A stretch of DNA of 53,460 nt from a virus (IMGVR_UViG_3300018432_000008:1-53460), one strand, 5' to 3'; counted from the first letter of the stretch, positions 26,128 through 36,291 are shown. Notes: generated from the letters alone by a model not told the origin. Translations and numbers: made by a program.

Positions 26128-28344
26128 TTGGTCGCCCCCATTGGTGATGGTGTAACGTTTGGCATCCGCGCCGATTATTCGGGGCTGGAGCCGGACCTTC
26201 GCGCCGCCGAAGCCAAGATCAAGGCGATGGTGGCGAAGACCGCCAACGACCTGAACACCGTCAAGGCCAGCGTCGGGCAGCAGGCCGCAGCGGTGGAACG
26301 TTCGGTCAACACGGTCGCGTTCAAGCTGCCGCCCATCGACAATTCCGCGTTCAAGCGGTCCGTGGATGAGGCGAAGGGTCAGCTTGCAGTGCTTCAGCAG
26401 CGCATCAACGAAGTCCGCGGGGTGCGACCGGCCACATACGGTGTAGCTGGAGACACGTACGCGGTTCGCCCGCAGCGACTGATGGCGGGGACGGATGGGA
26501 GTGGGCGAACTGACCTGATGCCGCGCCCGCAGTTCAGTGCTGACGAGCAGCAGACGCGCAACGTCATGGCCGCGGCGATTCGGTCCATGCGTGCGCAGGC
26601 ACGTGAAGCGAACATTGCAGCCGACGTGCGCATGCGGCTGTTCGGTGCGGATGAGGTCAAACGCGGCATCAAGGACATCGGGGACGAGGCCGACGCCGCC
26701 ACGAAGAAAGCGGTGATGCTCGGCAAGGCGATCTCCACCGCAATGATCGCGGCGAAGGCGCTGGAGGTTGCGGCGGACATTGGGGATGTCGCTGCCGCCC
26801 GTGCCAGCGGTGATGCGAAGCGGCTGGAACTGGCGAAAGAGCAGGTCCGCGATTCCATTCGCCAGCTACCCGTCGTCGGTCGTCTCGGCGATTCAATCGG
26901 CCGCTTGGCCGATCAGCGCGGTGGCACGAGTTTAGGCCCGGCAGGCGTTGCGCTGAAGGGGTTGCGTACGGGTGTCGCGCGTCTTGCGGGCACGCAGACA
27001 TCGGAGGAAATCCGCGAGTTCGACAAGCAGCAGGCCGAGCTTGAAAAACGGCTCGATGCTCAGCGGCGCAATATCGAGCGCATGCAGGAACATCGCGAGG
27101 ACGCCAAGCAGATCGCCCGCGAGGCGCAGCGCGAGATGGCGTCAGAAGGTCTTTCCCCGACTCAGCGGGCGCTGCGATCCGCTATCGACCGGCAGGCCGA
27201 CTTTGACGAGGCTTTGTCGAACCGCATCAGGGGGCGGAACCAAGGCGCAACATCGGAAGAGGGCGACGTTCAGCGGGTGAACGCCGAAGCGGTGCGCCGT
27301 GCACGTGAAGCCAACGCGGCTGCGCAGTTTGATGCTGGCGTGGTAGGGGCACGAGCATCACGAGAGGCGGCTGACCAGAACCGCACCAACCTAGCGCAGA
27401 TCAACGAATTGCAACTGCGGAACATGGGGCAGATTGCGCAGGCCGAGCGCACCGCGTTCATGGAGACGCTTGCCCAACGCGAGGACGGCGTACGGCACCT
27501 GGGGAAAATGGAGCTGGACCGGGTCCGTGCGGTCAACAGTGAGGAACTGAAAGGCTTTGACGAGCGCCAGCGGCGTGAGCGTGAACTGAAGGACCGTGAC
27601 GTTGCCTTCGGTACCGCACAATCGCAGTTGCGGGAGCAGCGCCGGTTCTTCGAAGCCGATCAGGCTGGAATCGCGAAGGGATTTGACGAGCAGATGCGGG
27701 TTGAGAAAGACCCCGTCCGGCGCGAGGCGCTGAACCAACAGAAGCTCGCCGCGCTACACGAGAACGAAGCGGTCGAACGCCGGCGCATCGCAGAAGCGAC
27801 GGCTGACACGGAAGCGAATATCCGTGAGGGGGCGCTGCGCGCGGCAGGGCAGCACTATCGCGCCGACGTTGAATCGTACAAAGCAGCGATGGAGGCGCGG
27901 GTTCGCGCAGCTACCACCGCTGAGGAAGCCATTCTCGCCCAGCGCGAGAAAGCCGCTGGCGAACAGGCGATGGCCACCCAGCGTGAGCGTGAGCGTGGCG
28001 ACGTTAACTTCGAAACGCGGCAGCTACAGCTTCGCCGCTTGGGGCAAAACGAACTGGCGAACGCTCGTGACATCTCGATGCGAGCACGTCGCGAGATCGA
28101 GGCTGCGGCGGGTGACCCCGCCATGCAGCAGGCCATCCTTGCGCGTACGAAAGAGGAATTACTCGAGGCGCAGAACCGCCGCGCAGCGCCGGAAGTCCTG
28201 TCGGCGTCCGAAGCGTTCAGCACGGACCTGCGCGGGCCGTCCCCGAAGGACCGGGAACTGAACGAGCTGAACAAACAGCAACTCGAATGGCTGAAGACGA
28301 TCGCCAAGAACACGGCGAACGCGACGGGCGCGCTTACGACCTGA
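26128..28344 (+). CDS. Tape measure protein
   Basis: 738 aa, helical, Ala/Arg/Glu/Gln-rich, after the chaperone. Confidence 0.85.
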   Translation: MVAPIGDGVTFGIRADYSGLEPDLRAAEAKIKAMVAKTANDLNTVKASVGQQAAAVERSVNTVAFKLPPIDNSAFKRSVDEAKGQLAVLQQRINEVRGVRPATYGVAGDTYAVRPQRLMAGTDGSGRTDLMPRPQFSADEQQTRNVMAAAIRSMRAQAREANIAADVRMRLFGADEVKRGIKDIGDEADAATKKAVMLGKAISTAMIAAKALEVAADIGDVAAARASGDAKRLELAKEQVRDSIRQLPVVGRLGDSIGRLADQRGGTSLGPAGVALKGLRTGVARLAGTQTSEEIREFDKQQAELEKRLDAQRRNIERMQEHREDAKQIAREAQREMASEGLSPTQRALRSAIDRQADFDEALSNRIRGRNQGATSEEGDVQRVNAEAVRRAREANAAAQFDAGVVGARASREAADQNRTNLAQINELQLRNMGQIAQAERTAFMETLAQREDGVRHLGKMELDRVRAVNSEELKGFDERQRRERELKDRDVAFGTAQSQLREQRRFFEADQAGIAKGFDEQMRVEKDPVRREALNQQKLAALHENEAVERRRIAEATADTEANIREGALRAAGQHYRADVESYKAAMEARVRAATTAEEAILAQREKAAGEQAMATQRERERGDVNFETRQLQLRRLGQNELANARDISMRARREIEAAAGDPAMQQAILARTKEELLEAQNRRAAPEVLSASEAFSTDLRGPSPKDRELNELNKQQLEWLKTIAKNTANATGALTT

Positions 28345-28347
28345 CAC

Positions 28348-29214
28348 ATGGCAGAATTGATCCAACCACACCTAGACGAAGACCTGGCGGACGGGTTCTC
28401 GATCAGCCGCAAGAACGGGCGGTTGGTGATGACGCGCACGTTCTTCGCCATCAACCTGACGGGTGCTACGCCCCCTGAAAGGCTGGCGCAGGCACTGTTA
28501 CTTCACGCCGGCACGGGAGCGGCAGAGCACACGGGCGCGAACCTGCCCGACGATGGGGATGAAGTTGAGATTAATGACAAGACGCTGTCCGCGAACGACT
28601 TCGCTGTATCGCCGTGGGGCGCTGCGGACGCCGAAATCCGCGTCACGTACACCGAGGACTTACGTGACCAGGACTTCGCGGGGTACGGTCCGACGATCAA
28701 AGAGGTTGGGGCGACGGTAGAAGAGGAAGAGACAGACTTTGACTATGCCAATTTGCAGCTCCCGCTAGATCAGCGAACACGAATCAAGGTCCGTTACGAC
28801 CCCGACGCATCACCGCCTAGCGGATCGTCTACCGAGAAAAAAGCTCAGGATGCGCGTGTCCGCCGATGGCGTGGTCGTCCCGTAATTATATTCACCAGAG
28901 AACAAAGCCACGACCCTGAAGATTTGGCAGCCGACTACGTGAGCATGATCAACTCTGCCGTGTGGCGCGGATACGCCGCCGGCACCGTGCTGTGTATCTC
29001 GATACTCGGGCGCAACGCTGGAGACGGGAAATGGGTCACCACCTATCAGTTCGCTGTGGATAAGCATGGGTTCAAGCAATACGCGCGGTGGATTGATCCG
29101 GAAACGGGTCTGCCGCCGAGCCTGCTCACGTTCATGATCGGCCACCAGAACGGCATCACAGAAGTCACCGTCCAAGGTGAGGCGAACTTCGCCGGCCTGA
29201 ACCTTCCCGCCTAA
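28348..29214 (+). CDS. Tail tip protein (distal-tail position)
   Basis: Immediately follows the tape measure gene. Confidence 0.55.
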   Translation: MAELIQPHLDEDLADGFSISRKNGRLVMTRTFFAINLTGATPPERLAQALLLHAGTGAAEHTGANLPDDGDEVEINDKTLSANDFAVSPWGAADAEIRVTYTEDLRDQDFAGYGPTIKEVGATVEEEETDFDYANLQLPLDQRTRIKVRYDPDASPPSGSSTEKKAQDARVRRWRGRPVIIFTREQSHDPEDLAADYVSMINSAVWRGYAAGTVLCISILGRNAGDGKWVTTYQFAVDKHGFKQYARWIDPETGLPPSLLTFMIGHQNGITEVTVQGEANFAGLNLPA

Positions 29215-29229
29215 CCAATCGAGGAACCA

Positions 29230-29730
29230 ATGGCAGAAACAAGCCGCATCACCGGCAACATCGAGTACACGGGCAACGTGCAGTATCTCGGGCAGGTGAC
29301 GATGCCCACAGGCGCAGTCGGCGACGACGAAATCGAAGCCGCCGCAGGCATCGCCGCATCGAAGGTCGATCATCGTTTCCACGTCATGCACAAGCAGCCG
29401 AACACCACGGCGACGACGGAAACGGTGGGGCTGTACCTGGCGAAAGCTGCGGGCACGGTCATCGGCTTCCGCGCAGGCAGCATCGGCATCGCCGTGGGCG
29501 CCGCGACCGTCACGTTCGACCTGAAGAAGAACAACGTGACCGTGCTGACCGGCGTGCTGACGCTGAACAGCTCGAACACGGTGCGTGTGGCGGTCGCCGG
29601 CACACTCGTAGCCACGCCGACGTACGTGGCGAACGACTTCTTTGAGCTGGTCATTACAGCGACGGCCGGTGGTGGCACGTTGCAGACGGGTATCTTCGCT
29701 GAAGCGTGGTTTGAAGAGGACGCGGCGTAA
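29230..29730 (+). CDS. Putative tail protein
   Basis: GAGG RBS; Thr/Gly/Val beta-rich. Confidence 0.55.
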   Translation: MAETSRITGNIEYTGNVQYLGQVTMPTGAVGDDEIEAAAGIAASKVDHRFHVMHKQPNTTATTETVGLYLAKAAGTVIGFRAGSIGIAVGAATVTFDLKKNNVTVLTGVLTLNSSNTVRVAVAGTLVATPTYVANDFFELVITATAGGGTLQTGIFAEAWFEEDAA

Positions 29731-29993
29731 TGGCGACAGATGAACCAGCAACGCGGTTCACGGTCACGCTGATGTACGACCGGCCGCACGCGAACGAAAA
29801 GCCGACGCGAGCCGAGTTCGCCACGCTCGCGATGACGATTGCGCAGGCGGTGCTGATTCGAGCGGCTGGCGCAGGTATGCCGCTGCCCGATGGGGTAACG
29901 GTTCAGGATCTCATCTGGATGTCGTCCATCTTTCCTGGCTGTGATAGCCAAATGTTTGAGCACACGGAAGAGGGGGTCGTCATCCATGTCTGA
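29730..29993 (+). CDS. Hypothetical protein
   Basis: TAATG overlap. Confidence 0.5.
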   Translation: MATDEPATRFTVTLMYDRPHANEKPTRAEFATLAMTIAQAVLIRAAGAGMPLPDGVTVQDLIWMSSIFPGCDSQMFEHTEEGVVIHV

Positions 29994-30666
29994 ACAACCC
30001 TATAAGCGTTGGGGTGCTGGCGAGCCGCTGGACCACCGGCGGCTGAACCACCTGTACGACCGCGCCATCTTCGACGTGCACGTGACGCCGCCGCTGACGA
30101 TGACGCGGCATGGGAACAGCGTGTCGATCGGGCTGGGGACGCTGGACCCGGTGGCGAGAAGGGGGCCGATTTGGCTTCAGCTTACCGGTGAGAGTCCGAC
30201 GCTTGACGGCCACTACTCGTGGAAACAGATGCGCGTCGTCAACGGGCTGATCGTTGATCTGGCGACCATCGTCCTCGTGGAAGATTTCACCGCTCGTGCG
30301 AGCAATTCGGGAACGGGTTGCTGTTTGCCGATTGGAACAAATGTTCAAGCTTCTCTCGTAGATCCCGACGGTGCTGGCAAGACCAGCTACGTCTTCCAGG
30401 CTCCCGGCCTCATGCGTTTCGGCGAAGTTACCGACGACTGGGAGGCGGGCAACACCACTAACATCACGCCCTGCGATGCCAATGGAGCGCCCACGGGTGC
30501 AGCCGCGCGCGACATCAACATATTCCTCCCCACTTCCATCAATCCGCAGGCCGTGCTGCTGTTGACAGGGAACGTAGTCGGGTGGTGGCCGTACCTCGAC
30601 AACACGACCCCCTCTGGCGTTCTCAACGCGCCCCCGCCGGCTGAAGGCTCGTGCCAAGTCCCATAA
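29986..30666 (+). CDS. Putative tail protein
   Basis: Tiled; ATG 29986. Confidence 0.55.
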   Translation: MSEQPYKRWGAGEPLDHRRLNHLYDRAIFDVHVTPPLTMTRHGNSVSIGLGTLDPVARRGPIWLQLTGESPTLDGHYSWKQMRVVNGLIVDLATIVLVEDFTARASNSGTGCCLPIGTNVQASLVDPDGAGKTSYVFQAPGLMRFGEVTDDWEAGNTTNITPCDANGAPTGAAARDINIFLPTSINPQAVLLLTGNVVGWWPYLDNTTPSGVLNAPPPAEGSCQVP

Positions 30667-32201
30667 TGGCTGTCTACCTCATCCATCCAGACGGTCATCG
30701 CATCGTGCGCAACGGCATGTATCTGGTCGGGCAAGAAGACGACCCGTGCTGCTGCGAAGCCGGGCTCGGCATCTGCCGCGCCTGTCCCGCCCAAGGGATC
30801 GTCGGAACATACTCTAACTCCACATCCGCCGCCGCGCCCGGAGGCACCCCAACGTACACCGGACCCACGGTGTTCACGCGCACGGAAGAGACGATCGACT
30901 TCGAGTGGGACGACACGCCGGGCGGCGGGGTGAACGATGCTTTCCAAGTTGAGTGGACAGGGACCATCTATGCGCCCTACACGGGCACGATCACGCTCTA
31001 CGTTGAGGTGTCCAACGCGGCGTTCTATCTGCAAGCCGGCGATTTTTCCGGCGCTGGTATCGCAGAGATTAACGAATGGGGCGCAGTCACAAACGGCGAG
31101 TTCAGTGACACGTTTACGCCGACGCATGGGACATATTACCAGTTCAATCTGCTGTTCCGCAGCCCCGTTGGCACGTCAAGCGTCAAGCTGAAGTGGTCCT
31201 ATACCGGGCAGGCAAAACAGGTCATCCCGGCGAACATGCTGACGGTGCAGCAGGTACCGTTTGCCGCCCCGACTGCGGCCTTGATCACGACGTACTACAA
31301 CGACATCGACCTCACCGAGCCGCCGGCCCACGAAACAACATCCTCGATCATCGACTACTCTCACGCGGGCGAGCCTGTCGCTGGCGTCGTGAACGATGAC
31401 AATTTTTCGATTCGCTTCGAAGGCGTCATCCAAATCCCGACATCGACCACGATCCCCAGCGCGAGCATCGTATTCTCGACGCAGACGACAGATGGTGTGC
31501 GGCTGTGGATCGACGGTTCCAAAATCATCGACGACTGGAATGACCACGGCTCACTGACGACGAACACCGCGAGCGCAATCGTCATGCGGCGCGGCTTCTA
31601 CTCCGTGAAGATGGAGACGTACCACAAGACGGGTACGGCTACCGGCAAGTTGCGGGTGAGCATCGACGGCGGGGCGGCATCGACCGGCAGCACTTATTTT
31701 TCCACCGGGATTGGCGAACCGCTGGCAAGTCAGAAGACGATCACCTTCAGCGGCGTTACGGTCAGCAGCGCCTGTACCGGCTCCGGCCCCAGCGCGATTG
31801 TCGTCTCTGGCGGATTGAGCGGCGTCACCCTTTGCCTTCGGCAAGTTTCCCCGTGCGTATGGGAATACGACAGCCGCTATGATGGCGCTGCGCCAGTCGT
31901 CATTCACGAAAGCGCACTCGCCGCCTGTGCTGGCGCGTCTCTGCAAGCCAACGCCCACTTCGTCGTGCAGATCAATTACTTCACGAGCACGCCAGTTCCG
32001 GGCCTTATCAGCATCATTGCACTGTGGACCAATTCCGAAGGGGTGTCCAGCGGCGGATATTCTTTTTTCGGGAACTCTGCTTTTCGGCGACCTGATGGGC
32101 TATGCAGCAGCGAGATGACTATCCCGAGCACGATCACCAACCCGCTCGCTTGGCCCGCGTACGGTGGCACCGCCGTAATCACTGACGGATGTGATTCGTG
32201 A
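30666..32201 (+). CDS. Tandem PA14-domain tail protein (receptor-binding candidate)
   Basis: IDFEW..FQVEWTGTIYAP; DNFSIRFEGVI..TDGVRLWIDGSKIIDDWNDHG. Confidence 0.75.
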   Translation: MAVYLIHPDGHRIVRNGMYLVGQEDDPCCCEAGLGICRACPAQGIVGTYSNSTSAAAPGGTPTYTGPTVFTRTEETIDFEWDDTPGGGVNDAFQVEWTGTIYAPYTGTITLYVEVSNAAFYLQAGDFSGAGIAEINEWGAVTNGEFSDTFTPTHGTYYQFNLLFRSPVGTSSVKLKWSYTGQAKQVIPANMLTVQQVPFAAPTAALITTYYNDIDLTEPPAHETTSSIIDYSHAGEPVAGVVNDDNFSIRFEGVIQIPTSTTIPSASIVFSTQTTDGVRLWIDGSKIIDDWNDHGSLTTNTASAIVMRRGFYSVKMETYHKTGTATGKLRVSIDGGAASTGSTYFSTGIGEPLASQKTITFSGVTVSSACTGSGPSAIVVSGGLSGVTLCLRQVSPCVWEYDSRYDGAAPVVIHESALAACAGASLQANAHFVVQINYFTSTPVPGLISIIALWTNSEGVSSGGYSFFGNSAFRRPDGLCSSEMTIPSTITNPLAWPAYGGTAVITDGCDS

Positions 32202-32476
32202 GCGCCGGCATCTGCCACCGATGCAAGAAGCACAAGGTTGTCCCGCTCGCGATGCTGTGCGGCATCAGCGGCAAGAACATCGTGCTCCACGCCGCGGCCG
32301 ACTACTGCCCGCTGAAGCTGTACGGGACTGACGTTGCCGCGCCGGGTTGGGATGAGATGAAGCCGGTCATCGCGCAGCGACCGCCGACGCCGATCCCCGA
32401 GGACTTTGACGTGGAAGCGGAGAAGCGCCGGATGCAGCAGGGCGGATGCTGCGGCTCGCCGGCTACTCTCCCCTGA
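32198..32476 (+). CDS. Small Cys-rich protein
   Basis: CHRC..C..CPL..GGCCG. Confidence 0.55.
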   Translation: MSAGICHRCKKHKVVPLAMLCGISGKNIVLHAAADYCPLKLYGTDVAAPGWDEMKPVIAQRPPTPIPEDFDVEAEKRRMQQGGCCGSPATLP

Positions 32477-33278
32477 TGAGCGTTCCGTTGTAGCGGTTGA
32501 TGAGCAACGGAACCGAGTTCTGGTCGATCCACGCTTCCTCGCCGCGCTCCTGTGTCGCGTACGTTCCGCCAGCCACTTCAACGTCGGCGTTTGCAGCGTC
32601 TTCGTCGCCCGCGCCAGCGCCGCCGACGAAGGCTTCGCGATCGAACAGCGCGACGCCATATCCGCTCGTGAGCAACGGGGTAGCCGTCGTCGGGAAGTGC
32701 GTTGCGCCGGCGGGGGCTTGGAACAAGTTCGCGATTCGCGAGCGTGCGCCGTTCACGAGGAAGTCAATGCCCCAGGTCGGGTTGTAGAGCTTTCCGCTGG
32801 CGTCGAACATGATGACGCCGCCGTAGCGGAAGTCGGCGGGGTTCGTCCCGTCCGCGTAGATGTTGTAGCCGATGAATCCATCGTCGGCTCGCGTCGTTCC
32901 GGCGACGGCGGCGTTATCGACGACCTGCGCCGACACGCCTTTCGGCAGCGCCATGAAGTCACGGTCGCCCACGAGTTCAAGATAAACTTGACGATCGCCG
33001 GGGCTTGGGTTCTCGCCGGTGTCATACACCTCCGCGATCATCACCCCGCGGCTCGCATCGTCGATGAAGAACATGATCCCCGTCGGCACCTGAAGCGCGA
33101 TAGCATCGTTACGCGCGCGACCAAGCATGGCGGAAAGGTTATTCTCCGCGCCGTCGATGCTGCGGCTCCCGCTGATCCAGCTCAGCGCCGGGACCGCGAT
33201 CCCGATCAGCAGGACGATGATCCCGATCACTACGAGCACTTCCATCAGCGTGAAGCCGGACTTCGAAACCTTGACCAC
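32463..33278 (-). CDS. Prepilin-type (GspH/FimT-like pseudopilin) protein
   Basis: Class III signal KSG|FTLMEVLVVIGIIVLLIGIAVPAL; ARNDAI helix; AGGAG RBS. Confidence 0.85.
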   Translation of the reverse strand: MVKVSKSGFTLMEVLVVIGIIVLLIGIAVPALSWISGSRSIDGAENNLSAMLGRARNDAIALQVPTGIMFFIDDASRGVMIAEVYDTGENPSPGDRQVYLELVGDRDFMALPKGVSAQVVDNAAVAGTTRADDGFIGYNIYADGTNPADFRYGGVIMFDASGKLYNPTWGIDFLVNGARSRIANLFQAPAGATHFPTTATPLLTSGYGVALFDREAFVGGAGAGDEDAANADVEVAGGTYATQERGEEAWIDQNSVPLLINRYNGTLIRGE

Positions 33279-33483
33279 GTTCCTGCTCCTGGCGTAAGTG
33301 ACGCCATTCGAACAAAAGACAGAGGACCATCAGGGGCACACAGCCGGCGGCGAGCACGAACAGGTGATACGTGCTGAGCACCCTGTAATCCCACAGGACG
33401 CGCCCGCCGACGACCACGGCCAGCAAGCCGCAGTAGGCGGTCACGAGCATGGCGCGTCGGCTCATATGATTCGCAAGGTCCAC
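33139..33483 (-). CDS. Two-TM membrane protein, probably leaderless
   Basis: TAGGAT-N6-GTG; two hydrophobic helices; overlaps the pilin 5' end. Confidence 0.5.
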   Translation of the reverse strand: MDLANHMSRRAMLVTAYCGLLAVVVGGRVLWDYRVLSTYHLFVLAAGCVPLMVLCLLFEWRHLRQEQERGQGFEVRLHADGSARSDRDHRPADRDRGPGAELDQREPQHRRRGE

Positions 33484-33611
33484 GTCCGCATCCTACCCAC
33501 CCGCGCGTCGCACCGGCGTTCGAATCGCTCCCGAATCTCATACCCACCCACGAGCCCCGTCAGACACTTGGCGGGCTGTACCGCAATAGAGCGTACCACG
33601 TCCGAAAAGCC

Positions 33612-33666
33612 TTGACGACCCACCGCCACGGGTTAAACTAGCAGCATTAGTGACACACGTTGTCAC
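33612..33666 (+). promoter_or_regulatory. Promoter TTGACG-N16-TAAACT with downstream GTGACA-N5-TGTCAC palindrome
   Basis: Read directly; same architecture as 36244-36289. Confidence 0.6.
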
Positions 33667-33694
33667 ATCTCTGAACCATATCCGAGGCTTGCCT

Positions 33695-35038
33695 ATGACG
33701 GTCGCTGCTGCCCCCACCGTTCGGATTGACCCTGAGTTCCAAGCACTGATCCCGCCGCTGTCTGACGACGAACGGCGGCAGCTTGAAGAAAACATCAAGG
33801 CGGACGGGTGCCGCGATCCGCTGGTGACGTGGAAGGGCGTGCTGCTCGATGGGCATAACCGGCACGAAATCTGTGAACGGCTCGGCATCCCGTATGAAAC
33901 GGCTGAACTTGAATTTACCGACCATGCGTCAGCAAAGGTCTGGATCATCCGCAATCAGTTCGGACGACGGAACTTGGCCCCGTTCCAGCGGGCAGAGTTA
34001 GCGATGGCCCTTGAGCCACTCATCGCGCCCAAGGCCAAGGCAAACCAACGAGAAAGTCGCGGTCGTCACGAAAAGAAATCCATATGCCAGAACTGCAAAA
34101 CCGCGCACTGGCCAGACGAGGGGTGTTCTAAAGGTCCGCAGAAGTCTGCGAACCTTAAGCGAGTTGACACGCGCGCCGAAATCGCTGCCGTGGCTGGCGT
34201 ATCTCACGACACCATCCACAAAGCCAAGGTCATTGCCGCCAAAGCACCTGAGCCCGTGAAGGCCAAGCTGCGCACGGGCGAGATCAGCATCAACGCGGCG
34301 TACAAAGACGTGCGCAAGGCTGAGCGCCGCGAGACGAATGCCACCAAGCAAAAGGATGCCGCCGCCGCGCAACCCGCCCACAAGCTTTGGACGGTCACGA
34401 AAGACGTAGCGGTCGTCAAGTGCGACGCGCTCGTCACCGATCCGCCCTACGGCATCTTAGACGAACCGTGGGAACCCGCTGAGCTTGAAAAGTTTACGCG
34501 CGAGTGGGCGGGGCGGTGGAACGGCTGCGGCGCGGACATCGCACTGATATTTTTCAGCCAGCGTCACCTGTTCGATGGGCGGCGATGGTTCGATGAATCT
34601 CTCGCGTCCTACCAGTTCCAGCAGTTACTCGTCTGGCACTACCCCAACAACAAGAGCCCGCAGAGTCGCCAAGGGTTCAAGCAGACGTGGGAGCCGATCT
34701 ACCTGTACCGACGGCGGGACAGCACAAAGCAAATCCTCGTGGACGGCAGTGAGTGGGGCGATGGTCTGAACGACTTTGACTGTCACGTCGCCGCCGTACC
34801 TCAGTCAAATTTCAACGACGCCGAGGAAAAGCAGCACCCTGCACAAAAGCCGGTCGCCGTGATGCGCTGGCTCGTTGCCGCAGCTACCCGCCCGAACGAT
34901 CTCGTCTGCGATCCATTCTCTGGCAGCGGCACCACGGGCATTGCCGCCACAAAGCTCGGCCGTCGATACCACGGCATCGAAACCAATCCTGAATACCTCC
35001 GCATGTCCGAAGGTCGCCTCGCGCTGTATGGCCGTTGA
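33695..35038 (+). CDS. ParB-like domain fused to an amino-DNA methyltransferase (beta class)
   Basis: IDPEFQALIPPL..LLDGHNR..NQFGRRNL; TDPPY; HPAQKP; DPFSGSGTT. Confidence 0.9.
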   Translation: MTVAAAPTVRIDPEFQALIPPLSDDERRQLEENIKADGCRDPLVTWKGVLLDGHNRHEICERLGIPYETAELEFTDHASAKVWIIRNQFGRRNLAPFQRAELAMALEPLIAPKAKANQRESRGRHEKKSICQNCKTAHWPDEGCSKGPQKSANLKRVDTRAEIAAVAGVSHDTIHKAKVIAAKAPEPVKAKLRTGEISINAAYKDVRKAERRETNATKQKDAAAAQPAHKLWTVTKDVAVVKCDALVTDPPYGILDEPWEPAELEKFTREWAGRWNGCGADIALIFFSQRHLFDGRRWFDESLASYQFQQLLVWHYPNNKSPQSRQGFKQTWEPIYLYRRRDSTKQILVDGSEWGDGLNDFDCHVAAVPQSNFNDAEEKQHPAQKPVAVMRWLVAAATRPNDLVCDPFSGSGTTGIAATKLGRRYHGIETNPEYLRMSEGRLALYGR

Positions 35039-35588
35039 ATTCGCCCAACTCTCAACCGTCAAGTTTCAAGAGAAAATGAAACCGGCGGCGCTGAAGGTCT
35101 ACCAGCGGTTGTTCCCTGGTTGCCGGATAGAAGACCTGCGCGCCGAGGGCGTCAAGGTTCATGTCCTAGATAAAGAGTTCGGCATCGACTCACTGCTCAT
35201 CATGCGTTCGCAGCAATGGCTTAGCGTTCAAGAAAAGTACCGGCGAGTGAGCGCGTGGAAATACCGGGAGTTCACGCAGGAGTACATGAACGCGGCGGGG
35301 ACGGCACACGAGTCGCCCGGCGAATGGTTCAAGCTCGGCGCGCAGGTGTATTTCTACGGCTGGGCCGATGAGGAAGAAGAATCGTTCTCGAAGTGGATTC
35401 TGTTAGATATCGCCCGCTACAAAGCGTTGGTTGAAACGCTTGGCGGGTTGGACGTGATCGGCACCTTGCAGCGGAATCAGCGGCACGGACGCTCGACGTT
35501 CTACGCGATCCCCATTGCGAAACTGTCTCGCGCGATGCTCGCAACCAACATCCCCGACATCGGCGGTCGCTATGTCGCTTTTCCGTAA
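35028..35588 (+). CDS. Putative PD-(D/E)XK-like nuclease
   Basis: DKEFGID..SVQEKYR; overlaps the MTase stop. Confidence 0.5.
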   Translation: MAVEFAQLSTVKFQEKMKPAALKVYQRLFPGCRIEDLRAEGVKVHVLDKEFGIDSLLIMRSQQWLSVQEKYRRVSAWKYREFTQEYMNAAGTAHESPGEWFKLGAQVYFYGWADEEEESFSKWILLDIARYKALVETLGGLDVIGTLQRNQRHGRSTFYAIPIAKLSRAMLATNIPDIGGRYVAFP

Positions 35589-35641
35589 ATCACTTGCCCG
35601 CTGATACGGCGTTTGTTAAGGTACAAACGGGAGTCGTCGTT

Positions 35642-35875
35642 ATGCCAAAATCGTACTACGACGTTGAGAAGTACCAGACAATTCTTGAGCGTGACGAACA
35701 GGGAAACCTGATCGAACGCGACTACCAAATCAACCACGAAGCAAAGGTCGTTCGGATGCGGGCGGACCTGACGGATGAGCAGGTGTTCGCCGTCGGCGCT
35801 GAGTTCGGACGCCAGGAACGTGAGCAGCGCAACACGTTCATGGGGTTGCCGCTGGAAGAGATAGACGACGGCTAG
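35642..35875 (+). CDS. Hypothetical protein
   Basis: GGGAG RBS. Confidence 0.55.
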   Translation: MPKSYYDVEKYQTILERDEQGNLIERDYQINHEAKVVRMRADLTDEQVFAVGAEFGRQEREQRNTFMGLPLEEIDDG

Positions 35876-36180
35876 TGCTCGACGTGCCGGACCTTGCCAT
35901 CTTTCTCGATGATCGTCCCCCGCAGCGGCGTGCGTTTCTTGCCGCGTGAGTCATCCGCTATTCGCTTCAGCACAATCTCGGCTACCTGCCCACTGTCGCT
36001 GCTTTCAATCTGCCCCACGATCAGGCTTTGCAACAGCCCATCCTGATCTAAGAACCACGTCAACAGGCTGTTGATCGTGTCCTGCTTGCTGATCTTTTTG
36101 CGGTCCGAGAAATCGGACAGCGATTTGTTCAGCGGACCTTCGACACGGATTCTGAGATTTTCGATTTCTGCCACAAACAT
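35872..36180 (-). CDS. Putative repressor, ribbon-helix-helix-like
   Basis: NLRIRVEGPLNKSLSDFSDRKKISKQDTINSLLTWF; TATGGT-N6-ATG; divergent arrangement. Confidence 0.55.
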   Translation of the reverse strand: MFVAEIENLRIRVEGPLNKSLSDFSDRKKISKQDTINSLLTWFLDQDGLLQSLIVGQIESSDSGQVAEIVLKRIADDSRGKKRTPLRGTIIEKDGKVRHVEH

Positions 36181-36243
36181 AGACTAACCATACCCTTAAG
36201 GGTCACTCTACATCCAATGTGTGTCACTCGTGCTACTTTTTTC

Positions 36244-36289
36244 TTGACGACGCACATTCCCGATGTACGATACTTCCACAGGTGACACA
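36244..36289 (+). promoter_or_regulatory. Early promoter TTGACG-N16-TACGAT with GTGACACA box
   Basis: Read directly; inverted TGTGTCAC box near 36220. Confidence 0.6.
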
Positions 36290-36291
36290 TT

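Noticed and set aside
30666-32201. Diversity-generating retroelement target
   Set aside because: No reverse transcriptase and no TR/VR repeat pair noticed
32406-33377. 323-aa + strand ORF
   Set aside because: Shadow of the pseudopilin gene
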